A DNA stretch of 64,000 bases, taken from Octopus bimaculoides. Lineage: Eukaryota. The position numbers were made by a program, and so were the translations under genes. Numbering within the stretch: the stretch's first letter is position 1; every line of letters begins with the position of its first letter. This document shows, piece by piece, positions 1 through 12,307 of the stretch. A model generated the notes under the pieces. It worked only from the letters and a program-made list of their open reading frames with translations, was not told the DNA's origin and did not search any database. Location of the stretch: the NCBI RefSeq assembly GCF_001194135.2, contig NC_069000.1:13074488-13138487 (forward strand), written 5' to 3'.

Positions 1-430
1 GTGTACATATTTACATACGAATTTAGCATTAGCTTCAAGTCAACTAGATGAAAGAAACAGAAGAAAATCCTCTTCTGAACTCTCCTTGAGCTGAAAAGAG
101 GATAGAAATGATATTGGACGGATTTAGCTAAGTACCTATCTATATAAATATCTGTGTGTGTGTGTGCAAGCGCGCGCACACACACACACACGCACACGTA
201 TATGCATAATATACATTGCTAACTAGACTTGTGTGTGTATGTGTGCGTATGTGTGTGCGTACATGTATATGAATGTGGTATATGAATATATATTTATGTT
301 TTTATGTATGTATGTATGTATGCATAAATACGTATGTATAATGCATTTAAGTATATTATATGTATCCTGTATGTGTGTCTGTGTGCTTCTGTGTCTCTCT
401 GTGTATGTGTGAGTGTGTGTGTATATATAT

Positions 431-481
<51 letters not shown>

Positions 482-653
482 NNNNNNNNNNNNNNNNNNN
501 NNNNNNNNNNNNNNNNNNNNNNNNNNNNNNNNNNNNNNNNNNNNNNNNNNNNNNNNNNNNNNNNNNNNNNNNNNNNNNNNNNNNNNNNNNNNNNNNNNNN
601 NNNNNNNNNNNNNNNNNNNNNNNNNNNNNNNNNNNNNNNNNNNNATATATATA

Positions 654-689
<36 letters not shown>

Positions 690-3600
690 TCTTTCAATTA
701 TTCTCTATCTCCCTTAAATCTCTTATTGTTCTTTTTGTCTTTATGTCTCTCTTTCTCTTTCTCTCGTATTCTCATTCACTCTTTCTGTCCCTCTCTATTC
801 TCCCTCCCCTTCTCTTTCGCTCATTATACAAGCACATCCACACGTATATGCATACGCTAAGCAAATACAAAGAATGACTTCCATCAGGTGAATGCTTATA
901 TATCGTAATACTTAGAAATAACTAATAAATATGAAAAATAATGTTACTCTGTAGAACAAAAGAATTTGATTTGACAGAAGAGTGGTAAGATAGGGTAAGA
1001 CGTGCAACAATAATGGAACAGCAATGCCATTTCTTCTCAAATCAACATTTTATTCGTCTTAAGATAAATAGCTACACGTGATCATATTTAGTCATATGAG
1101 AATTTCTAAAGTGAATGCCATAGCTAAAATATTGTCCTGGTAAAATATTTCTTGAGATACGCAGCCCAAGTGTTATGATTTTTTTGTCTGAAAAACCATC
1201 TTTGTTAGTTGGCTTTTTATTTTGAAACTAAGCTGTATATTTTGTTAACGGCAATATCTTTTATTACAGAGATGTTCTTGCCTAGCAAGTGACCTGATCT
1301 GAGATATTGTGCTGAAACAAAAACAATTGCAGCGTGGAAGGTGTTTAGAAACCATTTAAAAGCACACAAGAACTGTTAAATTCGCTTCAACATTTAAATT
1401 TCATTTGTCAAAATATTTTCGTCGCTTTGAAACCGCGACCTGTTCACTGACAAAATTGCGCATCTAAGAAAGTAACAGTTAGTATAACTGGATTAAGGCA
1501 TATTTAATGATTAAGGCATCTCCTAGATGTGCCTTAATCCAGTATAACAAATGGTTTCCAGTTATGAACATCGCAACTGGTATTCTCATATTTCCATTAT
1601 TAACAAAATTCTGAATAATTTGAGGGAGATTCAGATGCTACGTCTTGCAACTCGCCCGACCACGTAGAGGCTCTCTTCTCACGTTGACCCGTTGGTCTCC
1701 ATTACGGCGAGGGCATATAACTTTCCATTCATTTGGTATTTTATTCCGCTTTTATCAAGTTATAACCAAATATAGCAACAATTGAAGTTTTTAGTATTAC
1801 ACATATAAAACATATTGTAGATTCAAATTAATCTCAGAGGTCGTTGAATTTGTCTTTAGATCTTTCAACATTTTATTGCTCCCATTGTTACTTCTAGAGA
1901 TAAGAGAAACAGATATAGAACTCTTCTGGTTGATTGCACTGAAATATAGATAACAAAATTATATTATTCGACTGCTTTCACTTTCTCTTTTACTTTTCTA
2001 CTATTTGTGTACAGTAGGAGAGACTTCAGCAAAGATGGGAAACAGTTTTGTTACCGATGTTTATTCTACTTCGTCATTCATTGTTCTTTTTTCTTTTTTC
2101 ACTCCTCTCCTCCTATAAAACAGCTCTAATCTGTTCTATCGTTGATTCATACAATCTCCACCAAACACATTGAAAGAGCAAGTACCTAATCACCTTATTT
2201 CATTACTCTTACAGTATTGTTGTTATTTTAATGACGGTGGCGGTCGGTGTGTAGTGTTTTCTTCTTCTCTGGAGACTGTATTTACATTCCTTGTCGAGAG
2301 GATTACGTTTTATATTTTAATCGGTCGACACTAAAGTGATGAGCTAACAGAGTTGTTCTATAAAACTTCTAGCTCAACACTGTCATCTCTGAGTAAACAA
2401 TAACACCAGACTCTGCAATCCGTTCACTAGAAAGCGAGAGAGAGAGAGAGCTGGAGAGAACAGAAGACAAAGAGAGAGAGACGCACGCACAGGATAAAAC
2501 AAAAAGGGGAGAGAAAGACGAAGGGAGACAGAGACAAACAGGAAAAAAAAATATTTGAATGACAATGGATATCAAAGCAAAGGAACAAGACAATCTATGC
2601 TCAATTTTATAAACCTTTGTCATAGTTACATGGTTAATGTAAAAATCCTGTCGATATAACTCTGTGTAACCCCGTCGATATAACTCGGTGTGAAAAGAAA
2701 ACATTGTTTTTATTTCTAGAATCGATTTTCCAGCTTCCATTATTAAGGAAGAAGGCCATTATCTTCATTATGGCATTGAGATTATCACATTGTCTTTTCA
2801 GTTTTTGTCCTTATTTTTCTAACGTTTCAGCTTTGAAGGGAATATGCAAATTATTCATTGGAAATCCAACTCTAGTGTTTTTGTACCGGTCAGAGGCGCT
2901 CAAACGACACAGATTTTGCATCAGCATTTTTTTTATAAGCGTATGAATATGTTGAGCAGCAAGCAGAACCCAAAAATGTCTTGTGTTTCTCTAAATTTTG
3001 TACATGGTTGCGAGGTGTCTCTGTAAAAGAAAACAAAGACAAAGAAAATATATATATAAATATATATAAAATTGCCAAATAATCTAACCGGACGGACCTC
3101 GGTAGCATTTAAAGGTTGCAATTGTTTTCTTTCAATTTGCTTTGGATTTGTGCTATAACGAACTGCCGTGATTTACAAATCGTTGAATAATATGCATCTG
3201 CATATGTGCGTTCATGTGTGCTTCACTTACATGTCGATATAAGCAGCAGAAAGAAGATGGCAGAATGAATGAATAGAGCGTCCGATTTAATATCTTGTAA
3301 TACTTGAATGTATCCTTGTTCGTTCTAGGAACAGATTCTTATAACGTTAACGTTTACTCTTTAAGTTAAGTATTGAAAGTGATTTAATCGATTATACCAT
3401 ACTACCAGAATGCGTTGCTTTGTTCAATTATATTCTCGCCATGCTTGGGTTTATATTTCAATTTTATATTCATAGACGTTATCTTGGATCAAATCATTTC
3501 ATTACACAGCGAATTCATGCGTATGATAAGAATGTCTACAGAATGGGAGAAAGTAGCTTTGTGTAGCACATATACGAAGAACTTACATGGACAAAGCTGA

Positions 3601-4164
3601 AGGTTTCTTGTCTGAAGGATCATGGAACCGTATCCAGCTTTGATTCAGTATTTCGTAATAGGCCATCTGATATCTTCAATCCTCTGTGGCAATGCAGTGT
3701 GTTCTGCGGCTGTGTTTGATTCCAAGACGAACGATTCGGTGGCGTACTTAATAATGAGTTATTCGATTGAAGGCTAGTGACTGCTATTCTTATTATTGTT
3801 CAGTTCACACTATCTGCATTATTTATGCAGACATAAATTTAATGTGGTGTTGTCTGCTGATTGTTTTATGATCCATAAGCATAAACCTCCCTATGTCTTA
3901 ACTCTCTTCTTTATTGTCGAAATGAGGGGGTCAACCCACATTACACATCGTTTTTTTTTTCTCTTCGAACCAAATTCATCTAAAGAAAACGGGTTATTTT
4001 TTTTCATGATGTAATCAATAAAACAAACATGCCTGCAGCTGCCGTAGAAAACCTTAACACATTTGTGTTCCTTCTTTCTTTCTTTCTTTCTTTCTTTCTT
4101 TATACATACACACTCACACATATCTATCTATATAATGATAGCAGTCAATGGCCTATAACGCGTG

Positions 4165-4165
<1 letters not shown>

Positions 4166-4196
<31 letters not shown>

Positions 4197-4255
4197 ATAT
4201 CTATCTATTTGTCTGTCTGTCTATCTCTCTAGATATATATATGTATGTATATGTA

Positions 4256-4343
<88 letters not shown>
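4166..4343. repeat. (ATCT)n plus long (AT)n microsatellite
   Basis: Seen directly. Confidence 0.95.
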
Positions 4344-4347
<4 letters not shown>

Positions 4348-5574
4348 TTTCTGCTCGTCCTCACACTATGATGCCGTTGTTGTTGTTGCTGTTGTTGTTG
4401 GTATCAGTAATCTTGTTAATGTTGTTAATCTTGATAATATAAGTTTTGTTATTGTTGATTTACATGTTACCCAGCTCTAATCGATAAAAACCGATGAACA
4501 AACTCATTAAGCCGTGGCTCTCCTTTCTTCTATCTATGTGTAAGCAACACAAAAACCACATTATCCATTATAAGTTGTACTTTGAGGGAGATTTAGCTGC
4601 TATTTCATATACGTCGGCTGAACGCGTAATCTCGTTTATCGTTCAGTGCTATCGATAGGTGGATCTTGATGCTGACAAGACAGGTAATGTCATGTACAAT
4701 TCCGTTTATTTATTCAAAAGCATCACTATATACCCATAAGGCACTCGTACGTACGTTAACTTCGCTTAGGTCAATACGTAAGAGATTAATCAAGAAAAGA
4801 TAACCAGCTAGAAACCAGAAACTTTATGCTTGGCGCAGGTGGTTTTAAATCAACTTGGAAATTACGCACGCATTTTTATTTATTTCTGTATAAAAACATG
4901 TAAAGGAGTATATAGTTCAGTTGATGCCATTATGCAGCTGTCCAAAGTATGTGATGGTGCCTTAATGTCTAAGAATCGTTAACAAAGGACAAAGAAGTAC
5001 ACATTTTCCCCTTTCACTTAGCGTAATTATATAACATATGATATCACGGAATGTTTTAGAATTCAAACGTTTCCAAAGTCTCATTGATAAACGTGTGCGT
5101 GAGTAATTCTGTTTAATTGTTCGTGTGTATATATCTGTATACGAATTAGAATTTATTTACGCATAGAGATATGTGCAAGCATGTATACATATACAAACGT
5201 GTGTGTGTGTGTATGTGTGTGTGCGTGCGTATACATAGTTGTGTATCTGTGCCTAAATATGCATGTATGTATCTATGTATCAATGCATGCAATCCGTAGA
5301 TGTATACATACATATACATATGCGTCTCTGCATGCGTAATCTCCGTTATTTGTATTGCGCCAATATAACACAAAATGTTTAATTTAGTCTCAACATATCC
5401 TTATGTATGAAGAATAGCTTTACATCTCTCTCCCTCCCCCTTTCTCTCTCTCTCTCTATATATACATATACATGCATACATACATACACACACACATGCA
5501 TATATATCTTTGCTGCTTTCTCGTATACGAGCAAAATTGTTGCTAGAAAGAATCATTAAAACGAGTCACTGTTG

Positions 5575-5775
5575 ATGCAATGTGAGGCCATTGTATGATT
5601 CTAGAGCCCGGCGAAAGTTTTGCACATTCCATTACCAAATACGCAGCTGTGCTAGCTGGTAGAAGAAACAGGTACCACAGTATGAACTCTTTCGACATGT
5701 CTTTTCAATCCTCCAACGGATAAGCACACCTTTCCACATGTTGCACATGTTCTGTAGTGAACAATAGCCATGTCC
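5575..5775 (-). pseudogene. C2H2 zinc-finger remnant, likely the 3' end of a LINE ORF
   Basis: CATCGKVCLSVGGLKRHVERVH is an exact C-x2-C-x12-H-x4-H match, followed by a degenerate second finger (C..MCKTFAGL*NH..SH). No splice sites were seen, and it is flanked by microsatellite. Confidence 0.55.
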
Positions 5776-5890
5776 CAATTTATGAGCATGCCTAAATATG
5801 TAACTGTATGCATGAGAATACATGCATAAATCATACAAATCTACACATACATACATACATACATACATACACACATACATACATACATAC

Positions 5891-6460
5891 AAAAACACCC
5901 TGTTGCTGATGTTGAAATTCCAATGAAGGAACCTTGGATCTAGGTTAGAAACCGGTTCTTTCTCTACTGGCAGGAAATCTTGAAATAAACTGGATAGTGT
6001 CATACAAAAGAAAAAAAGACCTTTTGTTGATGTTGAAATTCCAATGAAGGAACCTTGGATCTAGGTTAGAAACCGGTTCTTTCTCTACTGGCAGGAAATC
6101 TTGAAATAAACTGGATAGTGANNNNNNNNNNNNNNNNNNNNNNNNNNNNNNNNNNNNNNNNNNNNNNNNNNNNNNNNNNNNNNNNNNNNNNNNNNNNNNN
6201 NNNNNNNNNNNNNNNNNNNNNNNNNNNNNNNNNNNNNNNNNNNNNNNACCTTTTGTTGATGTTGAAATTCCAATGAAGGAACCTTGGATCTAGGTTAGAA
6301 ACCGGTTCTTTCTCTACTGGCAGGAAATCTTGAAATAAACTGGATAGTGACATACAAAAGAAAAAAACCCTTTTGTTGATGTTGATATTCCAATGAAGGC
6401 AACTTGGGTCATGGTTAGAAACCGAAATCTTGAAACAAAACTAAATCATGACATACATAC
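5891..6460 (+). repeat. Tandem array of a 120-121-bp element with (CATA)n tail, interrupted by a gap
   Basis: The anchor gttga(a/t)attcc occurs at 5911, 6032, 6261 and 6381. The last copy has an internal deletion. Confidence 0.9.
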
Positions 6461-7326
6461 ATATACATATGCACACGCATTTGGGTGTGTAATTATAAAT
6501 CATTTTGAAAATTACTAATACTAATGCCTTTAACAGAACTTTTATGTCTGGGATTTTTATTGACATTCATAAACTCTCACTGAAGCACGTTAATCACAAC
6601 ATGCATAGGTTACATTTGGAGATCGCTGGTAAATCTGAAAATGCACGTATGGTTTCTAATGTCACACGTGCAGACACACCTATGGGTGCGCCCACGCGCG
6701 CGCCCGTGTGACTTGTGTGTCTGTGTAAATGTTTATTTAAGGTTATTTAAAGGCGATTGGCGGGAAGACTTAATACTAAATATGTATCAATGCAATTTGT
6801 GTACGTATATAAATAGACATATGTATATATGTAAGTATGCGTGTATATATAGGTATAAATACACACACACATTATATATGATGAAATGTTTTCCGTTCAG
6901 GGTGAATGTTGGCCTACTCGGGTAGCATATATATATATATTACCAATACTAATATAGGGTGAAATTAATAATTTTACCAAGTAGTTCGGTATGTTAAAAG
7001 GACCATTATCGGTAAACTTATACAAAAATTTTATAATTATAAGCTTAGTTACAATTATGGCTTAGCAAAATTGCTTCACCACATGCCGAAATTTAGAAAT
7101 AGCAGTATTGGGTATGTGGTGAAGCAATTTTGCTACGCCCCAATTATAATTATGCTTATAATTATAAAATTTTTGTCTATTACCAATATGTGGATCATGC
7201 TAAAAGCGATATTACACCTGCATGCACATGCACATACATACATATATGTATGTATGTATGTATGTGTGTATATATATTATACATATATACATACGTTTTG
7301 CACTATACATAAATACGTAAACATGT

Positions 7327-7400
<74 letters not shown>

Positions 7401-7783
7401 GAATATATATATATACATATATATATACGTACGTGTGTATGCATGTCTATATATATATATATTTACGTGCATACAGACGTACGTTCAGAATCCATATATG
7501 TGTAGCGAGTGAAAGAGAGGGAAAGAAAGCGAAAGAAAGAGGGAGAGAATGAGTGAGAAGGAGAGGGGGGTGAGTGTGTGTGCGTGCGCGTGCGTGCGTG
7601 TGAGAACTATAATTCTGTTGATTTATAGATCAGTCACGGAAAACTATATTTGTTCCTCGTAAGAAGCCGAAGTTAAATCACTAAACACCATGTTACTTTC
7701 AAATTGCATCTGATGCTTTGCTTTACGAACATCGTTTTTATTGAAAGCAGGCAGAAATCATCTCAACGAATTGACTATTTCAG

Positions 7784-7866
7784 ATGACCTATGTCATCAG
7801 CAAATGCGTGTAGGACAATCATTTGCCAGACTTGATCTGACCAGAACTGGCCTTCGTCCAGCCAAG
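7784..7866 (+). CDS. Candidate internal exon (x-DLCHQQMRVGQSFARLDLTRTGLRPAK), possibly a CUB-domain N-terminus
   Basis: Acceptor ttgactatttcAG and donor aag|GTGATG (weaker). The exon is 83 bp, phase 1 to phase 0, with one open frame. The D-x-C...L-x-L-T pattern resembles the start of molluscan CUB domains. Confidence 0.35.
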
Positions 7867-8137
7867 GTGATGATTTCACGACACGAATTTTTGTAATTTG
7901 CGTTTGGATTAAATAGTTTTGTCATCCCAACCAAACGACCGAGACTGTCTCCTTGTTATAACTTGAGATAATTTCTATATAAAAGCCATCTTTCTTACGA
8001 AGCGGTCAGCGAAGGTGAAGTGTAATCTTGTTTTACATGGAAAATAATTAATTGCTTTCACAGCCCACCAGGACCGCATCTGATAAGAGCAAAATCTAAT
8101 CGGATTTATCGTTCCGTACTTTGAAGTATTTGGCAAC

Positions 8138-8223
<86 letters not shown>

Positions 8224-8251
8224 TAATAATAATAATAATAATAGTAATAAT
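8138..8251. repeat. (AAT)n microsatellite
   Basis: Seen directly. Confidence 0.95.
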
Positions 8252-8553
8252 TTGTACACACAATCCAGGAAATGCCTTTGTCGCAATGGCATTTTGGAAG
8301 CAACGAGAAGCAGTAGAAGTAGGAGTAGCAGACAGAAGCATTTCCCGATAAATCAACGGTCTGAAATAATTTATTTCTATAACCCCCGTCGACCTCACAT
8401 CCTACTCCACGTCTCATCTTTCTATCATTGGATAGATTAACCGAGAAATTATCAAACACTATTTCTTTACACAAGTTGTTGAAGATGTAATTTTGTGATC
8501 ATTATTTACTATGGGATATGTTTGATATAAATACGTATATGTGTGTTTATACA

Positions 8554-8591
<38 letters not shown>

Positions 8592-8851
8592 AACATCACA
8601 CATATATGCATATACATGCACACACACATACACACACTCGAACATATACATGCGTATACATGCAATACGTGCATATTTACTTTGATACATGTGTACACAT
8701 ATTCATTTATGCTTATGCATGTTTGTATATATGCATGCATGCATGTGTGTATGCGTGTGTGTGTATGAATAATGATGCATATACGTGTGTATGTATGTAT
8801 GTATGTTATATCGTATTTGCTATTCTGTGTATGTTTATACACATACAGATA

Positions 8852-8902
<51 letters not shown>

Positions 8903-10343
8903 GTATATATATATATAAATAAAAAGCTCGACTATTTGTCAAGTTGGTGCGAATAATACGATAAACATGTGAAGCAATTTCCGTCCTACTATTTCCGACT
9001 TGTATGATTTGCAATACCGACACACGCTTGCAGATGGAATGAGAATAGTTTTGGTTTTTCTGCTTGTTTTTATTGTTTATTTGTGCTTGTCTATGTATGT
9101 TTGTGTATTTGTATGTGTGCGCATGCGTGCTTGTTGTGTTGTTTTTGATGCTGTTTTCTCAAGCTGAGCTCCACTCATTATGGCTCTTAAATAAAATGTC
9201 AAAGCCCACAGCTGCATGTAATGAAACAGCCGGCTGCTGTTTTGGTTCAGATTTAGCTAACGCGTTTCTACAATTCTCTGAATGTTATCGAAAGAGAAAA
9301 AAAAAAAAAATTGCTATGAATTCTAAGTTTTGCTGATGAATGCAGTTTGCGTTATTTTTGAACCAATGGTGTGAGCTTTTTTTGTTTTTTTTCTTTTATG
9401 TGGTTACTAAANNNNNNNNNNNNNNNNNNNNNNNNNNNNNNNNNNNNNNNNNNNNNNNNNNNNNNNNNNNNNNNNNNNNNNNNNNNNNNNNNNNNNNNNN
9501 NNNNNNNNNNNNNNNNNNNNNNNNNNNNNNNNNNNNNNNNNNNNNNNNNNNNNNNNNNNNNNNNNNNNNNNNNNNNNNNNNNNNNNNNNNNNNNNNNNNN
9601 NNNNNNNNNNNNNNNNNNNNNNNNNNNNNNNNNNNNNNNNNNNNNNNNNNNNNNNNNNNNNNNNNNNNNNNNNNNNNNNNNNNNNNNNNNNNNNNNNNNN
9701 NNNNNNNNNNNNNNNNNNNNNNNNNNNNNNNNNNNNNNNNNNNNNNNNNNNNNNNNNNNNNNNNNNNNNNNNNNNNNNNNNNNNNNNNNNNNNNNNNNNN
9801 NNNNNNNNNNNNNNNNNNNNNNNNNNNNNNNNNNNNNNNNNNNNNNNNNNNNNNNNNNNNNNNNNNNNNNNNNNNNNNNNNNNNNNNNNNNNNNNNNNNN
9901 NNNNNNNNNNNNNNNNNNNNNNNNNNNNNNNNNNNNNNNNNNNNNNNNNNNNNNNNNNNNNNNNNNNNNNNNNNNNNNNNNNNNNNNNNNNNNNNNNNNN
10001 NNNNNNNNNNNNNNNNNNNNNNNNNNNNNNNNNNNNNNNNNNNNNNNNNNNNNNNNNNNNNNNNNNNNNNNNNNNNNNNNNNNNNNNNNNNNNNNNNNNN
10101 NNNNNNNNNNNNNNNNNNNNNNNNNNNNNNNNNNNNNNNNNNNNNNNNNNNNNNNNNNNNNNNNNNNNNNNNNNNNNNNNNNNNNNNNNNNNNNNNNNNN
10201 NNNNNNNNNNNNNNNNNNNNNNNNNNNNNNNNNNNNNNNNNNNNNNNNNNNNNNNNNNNNNNNNNNNNNNNNNNNNNNNNNNNNNNNNNNNNNNNNNNNN
10301 NNNNNNNNNNNNNNNNNNNNNNNNNNNNNNNNNNNNNNNNNNN

Positions 10344-10520
10344 GGGGGGGGGGCAGTCGATTACATCGACTCCAGTACGCAACTTGTACTTAATTTATCG
10401 ATCCCTAAAGGATGAAAGACAAAATCGACGTCGGCGGAATTTGAACTCAGAACGTAAAGACAGAAAAAAATACCGCTAAGCAGTTCGCCTGGTGTGCTAA
10501 CGTGTCTGCCAGTTCATCGC
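10344..10520 (-). mobile_element. tRNA-derived SINE family A
   Basis: A-box-like tggcagacacgtt, B-box gagttcaaattcc and the central cctttcatcctttagggatcgataaa domain (resembles the Meta/RUDI-type domain, from memory). The 3' end runs into a gap. Confidence 0.85.
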
Positions 10521-11101
10521 TTTTGGAATTTAAAACATTACACATTAAAACATTTTAGAATCCTTCTTATGAAGAACGTGCATTCTGTTTTCATTTCTAA
10601 AGCTCGCTTACGTGAGATCGTATTTTCGATACAACAATTTATATTTACTTTGCAAGCTTTATTATCAGTATGTCTAGCACAAAATAGTTCTTAACTACAT
10701 TTAACGTTGAACAAAACTGTTCACATTGCCGAGGGAAAGAAAATATATGATGGAATTATCGATCCAAGATTTCTTAAAAGTCGATATTGCTCAATAGATC
10801 GATAATATTATAGCATTACTCAATAGAAAGCTACTTACTACTTTTGGATATAAATGTATTTATCATATTTTAGATAAATTATCTTGAGATGCAAGGTTCC
10901 AGGAACTTTGACCTTTAATTTCGCATATTCAGAATTTTCCGATCATAATTTTACAAAACTCAAAGAAATCTTTGTAATTGATTTAAAATGTTGAAATATA
11001 TATAGAATATATATTCCACAATTGATTCTAGTTTTTGTTTCGGAAAGGTATCCTGTTATGGTTTTTCAGTTGTTTTACAAGCTAATGCAACATTATTTCA
11101 A

Positions 11102-11285
11102 AGGCAGCGAGCTGGCAGAATCATGAGTACACTTAACAGTATTTTTACCCGTCTTTACGTTCCGAGTTCAAATTCTGCCACGGTTGATTTTTACCTTTCA
11201 GGGTCGATAAAATAAGTACCAGCTTATGTAATCGACTAGTTCCATTCCTCGTACTTGCTTGTTTTGTGCCAAAATTTAAAATCTA
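11102..11285 (+). mobile_element. SINE family A (diverged)
   Basis: ggcagcgagctggcagaatc...gagttcaaattctgcc...gggtcgataaaataagtaccag. Confidence 0.8.
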
Positions 11286-11874
11286 TATTAGGAAGAAGCG
11301 GAGCAATAAGTGATTCAGTTTTTAAAATTCCAAAAGTAGATTATTTATGTGGCTATTGATATCGATCGGAAATCCGAAATCAAATAAACATATTTGCTCC
11401 TCTATTTTCTTAATGACAACGACTTTAATATCCTTAAAGAGGGTTACTTCATTTTTCTGCTTGTACAAACACTCGAGCATACGTTTATTACTTAGTAACA
11501 AAAACCTCACAGTCGTACAATAGATCAGTATATTCCAGCCTAGGATCACTGGGAGATTCAACTTCTGTGTTGTTCAATTCTACGTTCATTTAAAAAAATT
11601 AATATATTTTGTTATCACTTTTTCTCGCATTGTTGATTGTTATTGGTGAATAAATTAACATGTCATTAAGACATTAGAATCCAGTTGATAAGTCTCCAGT
11701 TCTTTCTCTACTAAAATAACAGTGACATTTTTTAAAGATTTTACTATAGATGGCAGACCGTCCACAATTAAGTTGCTAAGCTTTTCGATTGGTAACACGA
11801 ATTCATTTTATTTTGATTTTACCCGCGAAATAAGTCCTTTCCCATCTAATATTCAATATTGGTTTCAAATTAAG

Positions 11875-12092
11875 GCGGCGAGCTGGCAGAAACGTTGGAA
11901 CGCCGGACGAAATGCTTAGCGGTATTTCGTCTGTCTTTATGTTCTGAGCTCAAATTCCGCCGAGGTCGACTTTGCTTTTCATCCTTTCAGGTTCGATTAA
12001 ATAAGTACCAGTTACGCACTGAGGTTGATCTAATTGACTGGCCCCCCTCCCCCAAAATTTTGGGCCGTGTGCCTAGTGTAGAAAAGAATACT
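11875..12092 (+). mobile_element. SINE family A, full length
   Basis: Intact head (ggcggcgagctggcagaaacg), B-box region, central domain and tail. Confidence 0.9.
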
Positions 12093-12100
12093 GGTTTCAT

Positions 12101-12307
12101 ATTTTAGCACAATGCCAGAAATTTTGGTGGAGGGACTAAATCAATTACATCGATCCCCAGTCATCAACTGGTATTTATTTTATCGATCCAGACACGATGA
12201 AAGGTAAAGTTGACCTCAGCGAAATTGGAACTTAGAACGTAAAGACGGACTAAATCCCGCCAAGCATTTTACCAGGCGTGCTAACCATTCTGCCAACTCC
12301 CCGCCTT
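12101..12307 (-). mobile_element. SINE family A, inverted relative to 11875-12092
   Basis: Reverse-complement match across head, B-box and central domain. Confidence 0.85.

Noticed and set aside
5891-6460. CRISPR-like array
   Set aside because: Eukaryotic context, 120-bp units without unique spacers and no cas genes.
11875-11970. tRNA genes at SINE heads
   Set aside because: A and B boxes are present, but there is no cloverleaf, and the sequence continues into the SINE body in about 20 diverged copies.
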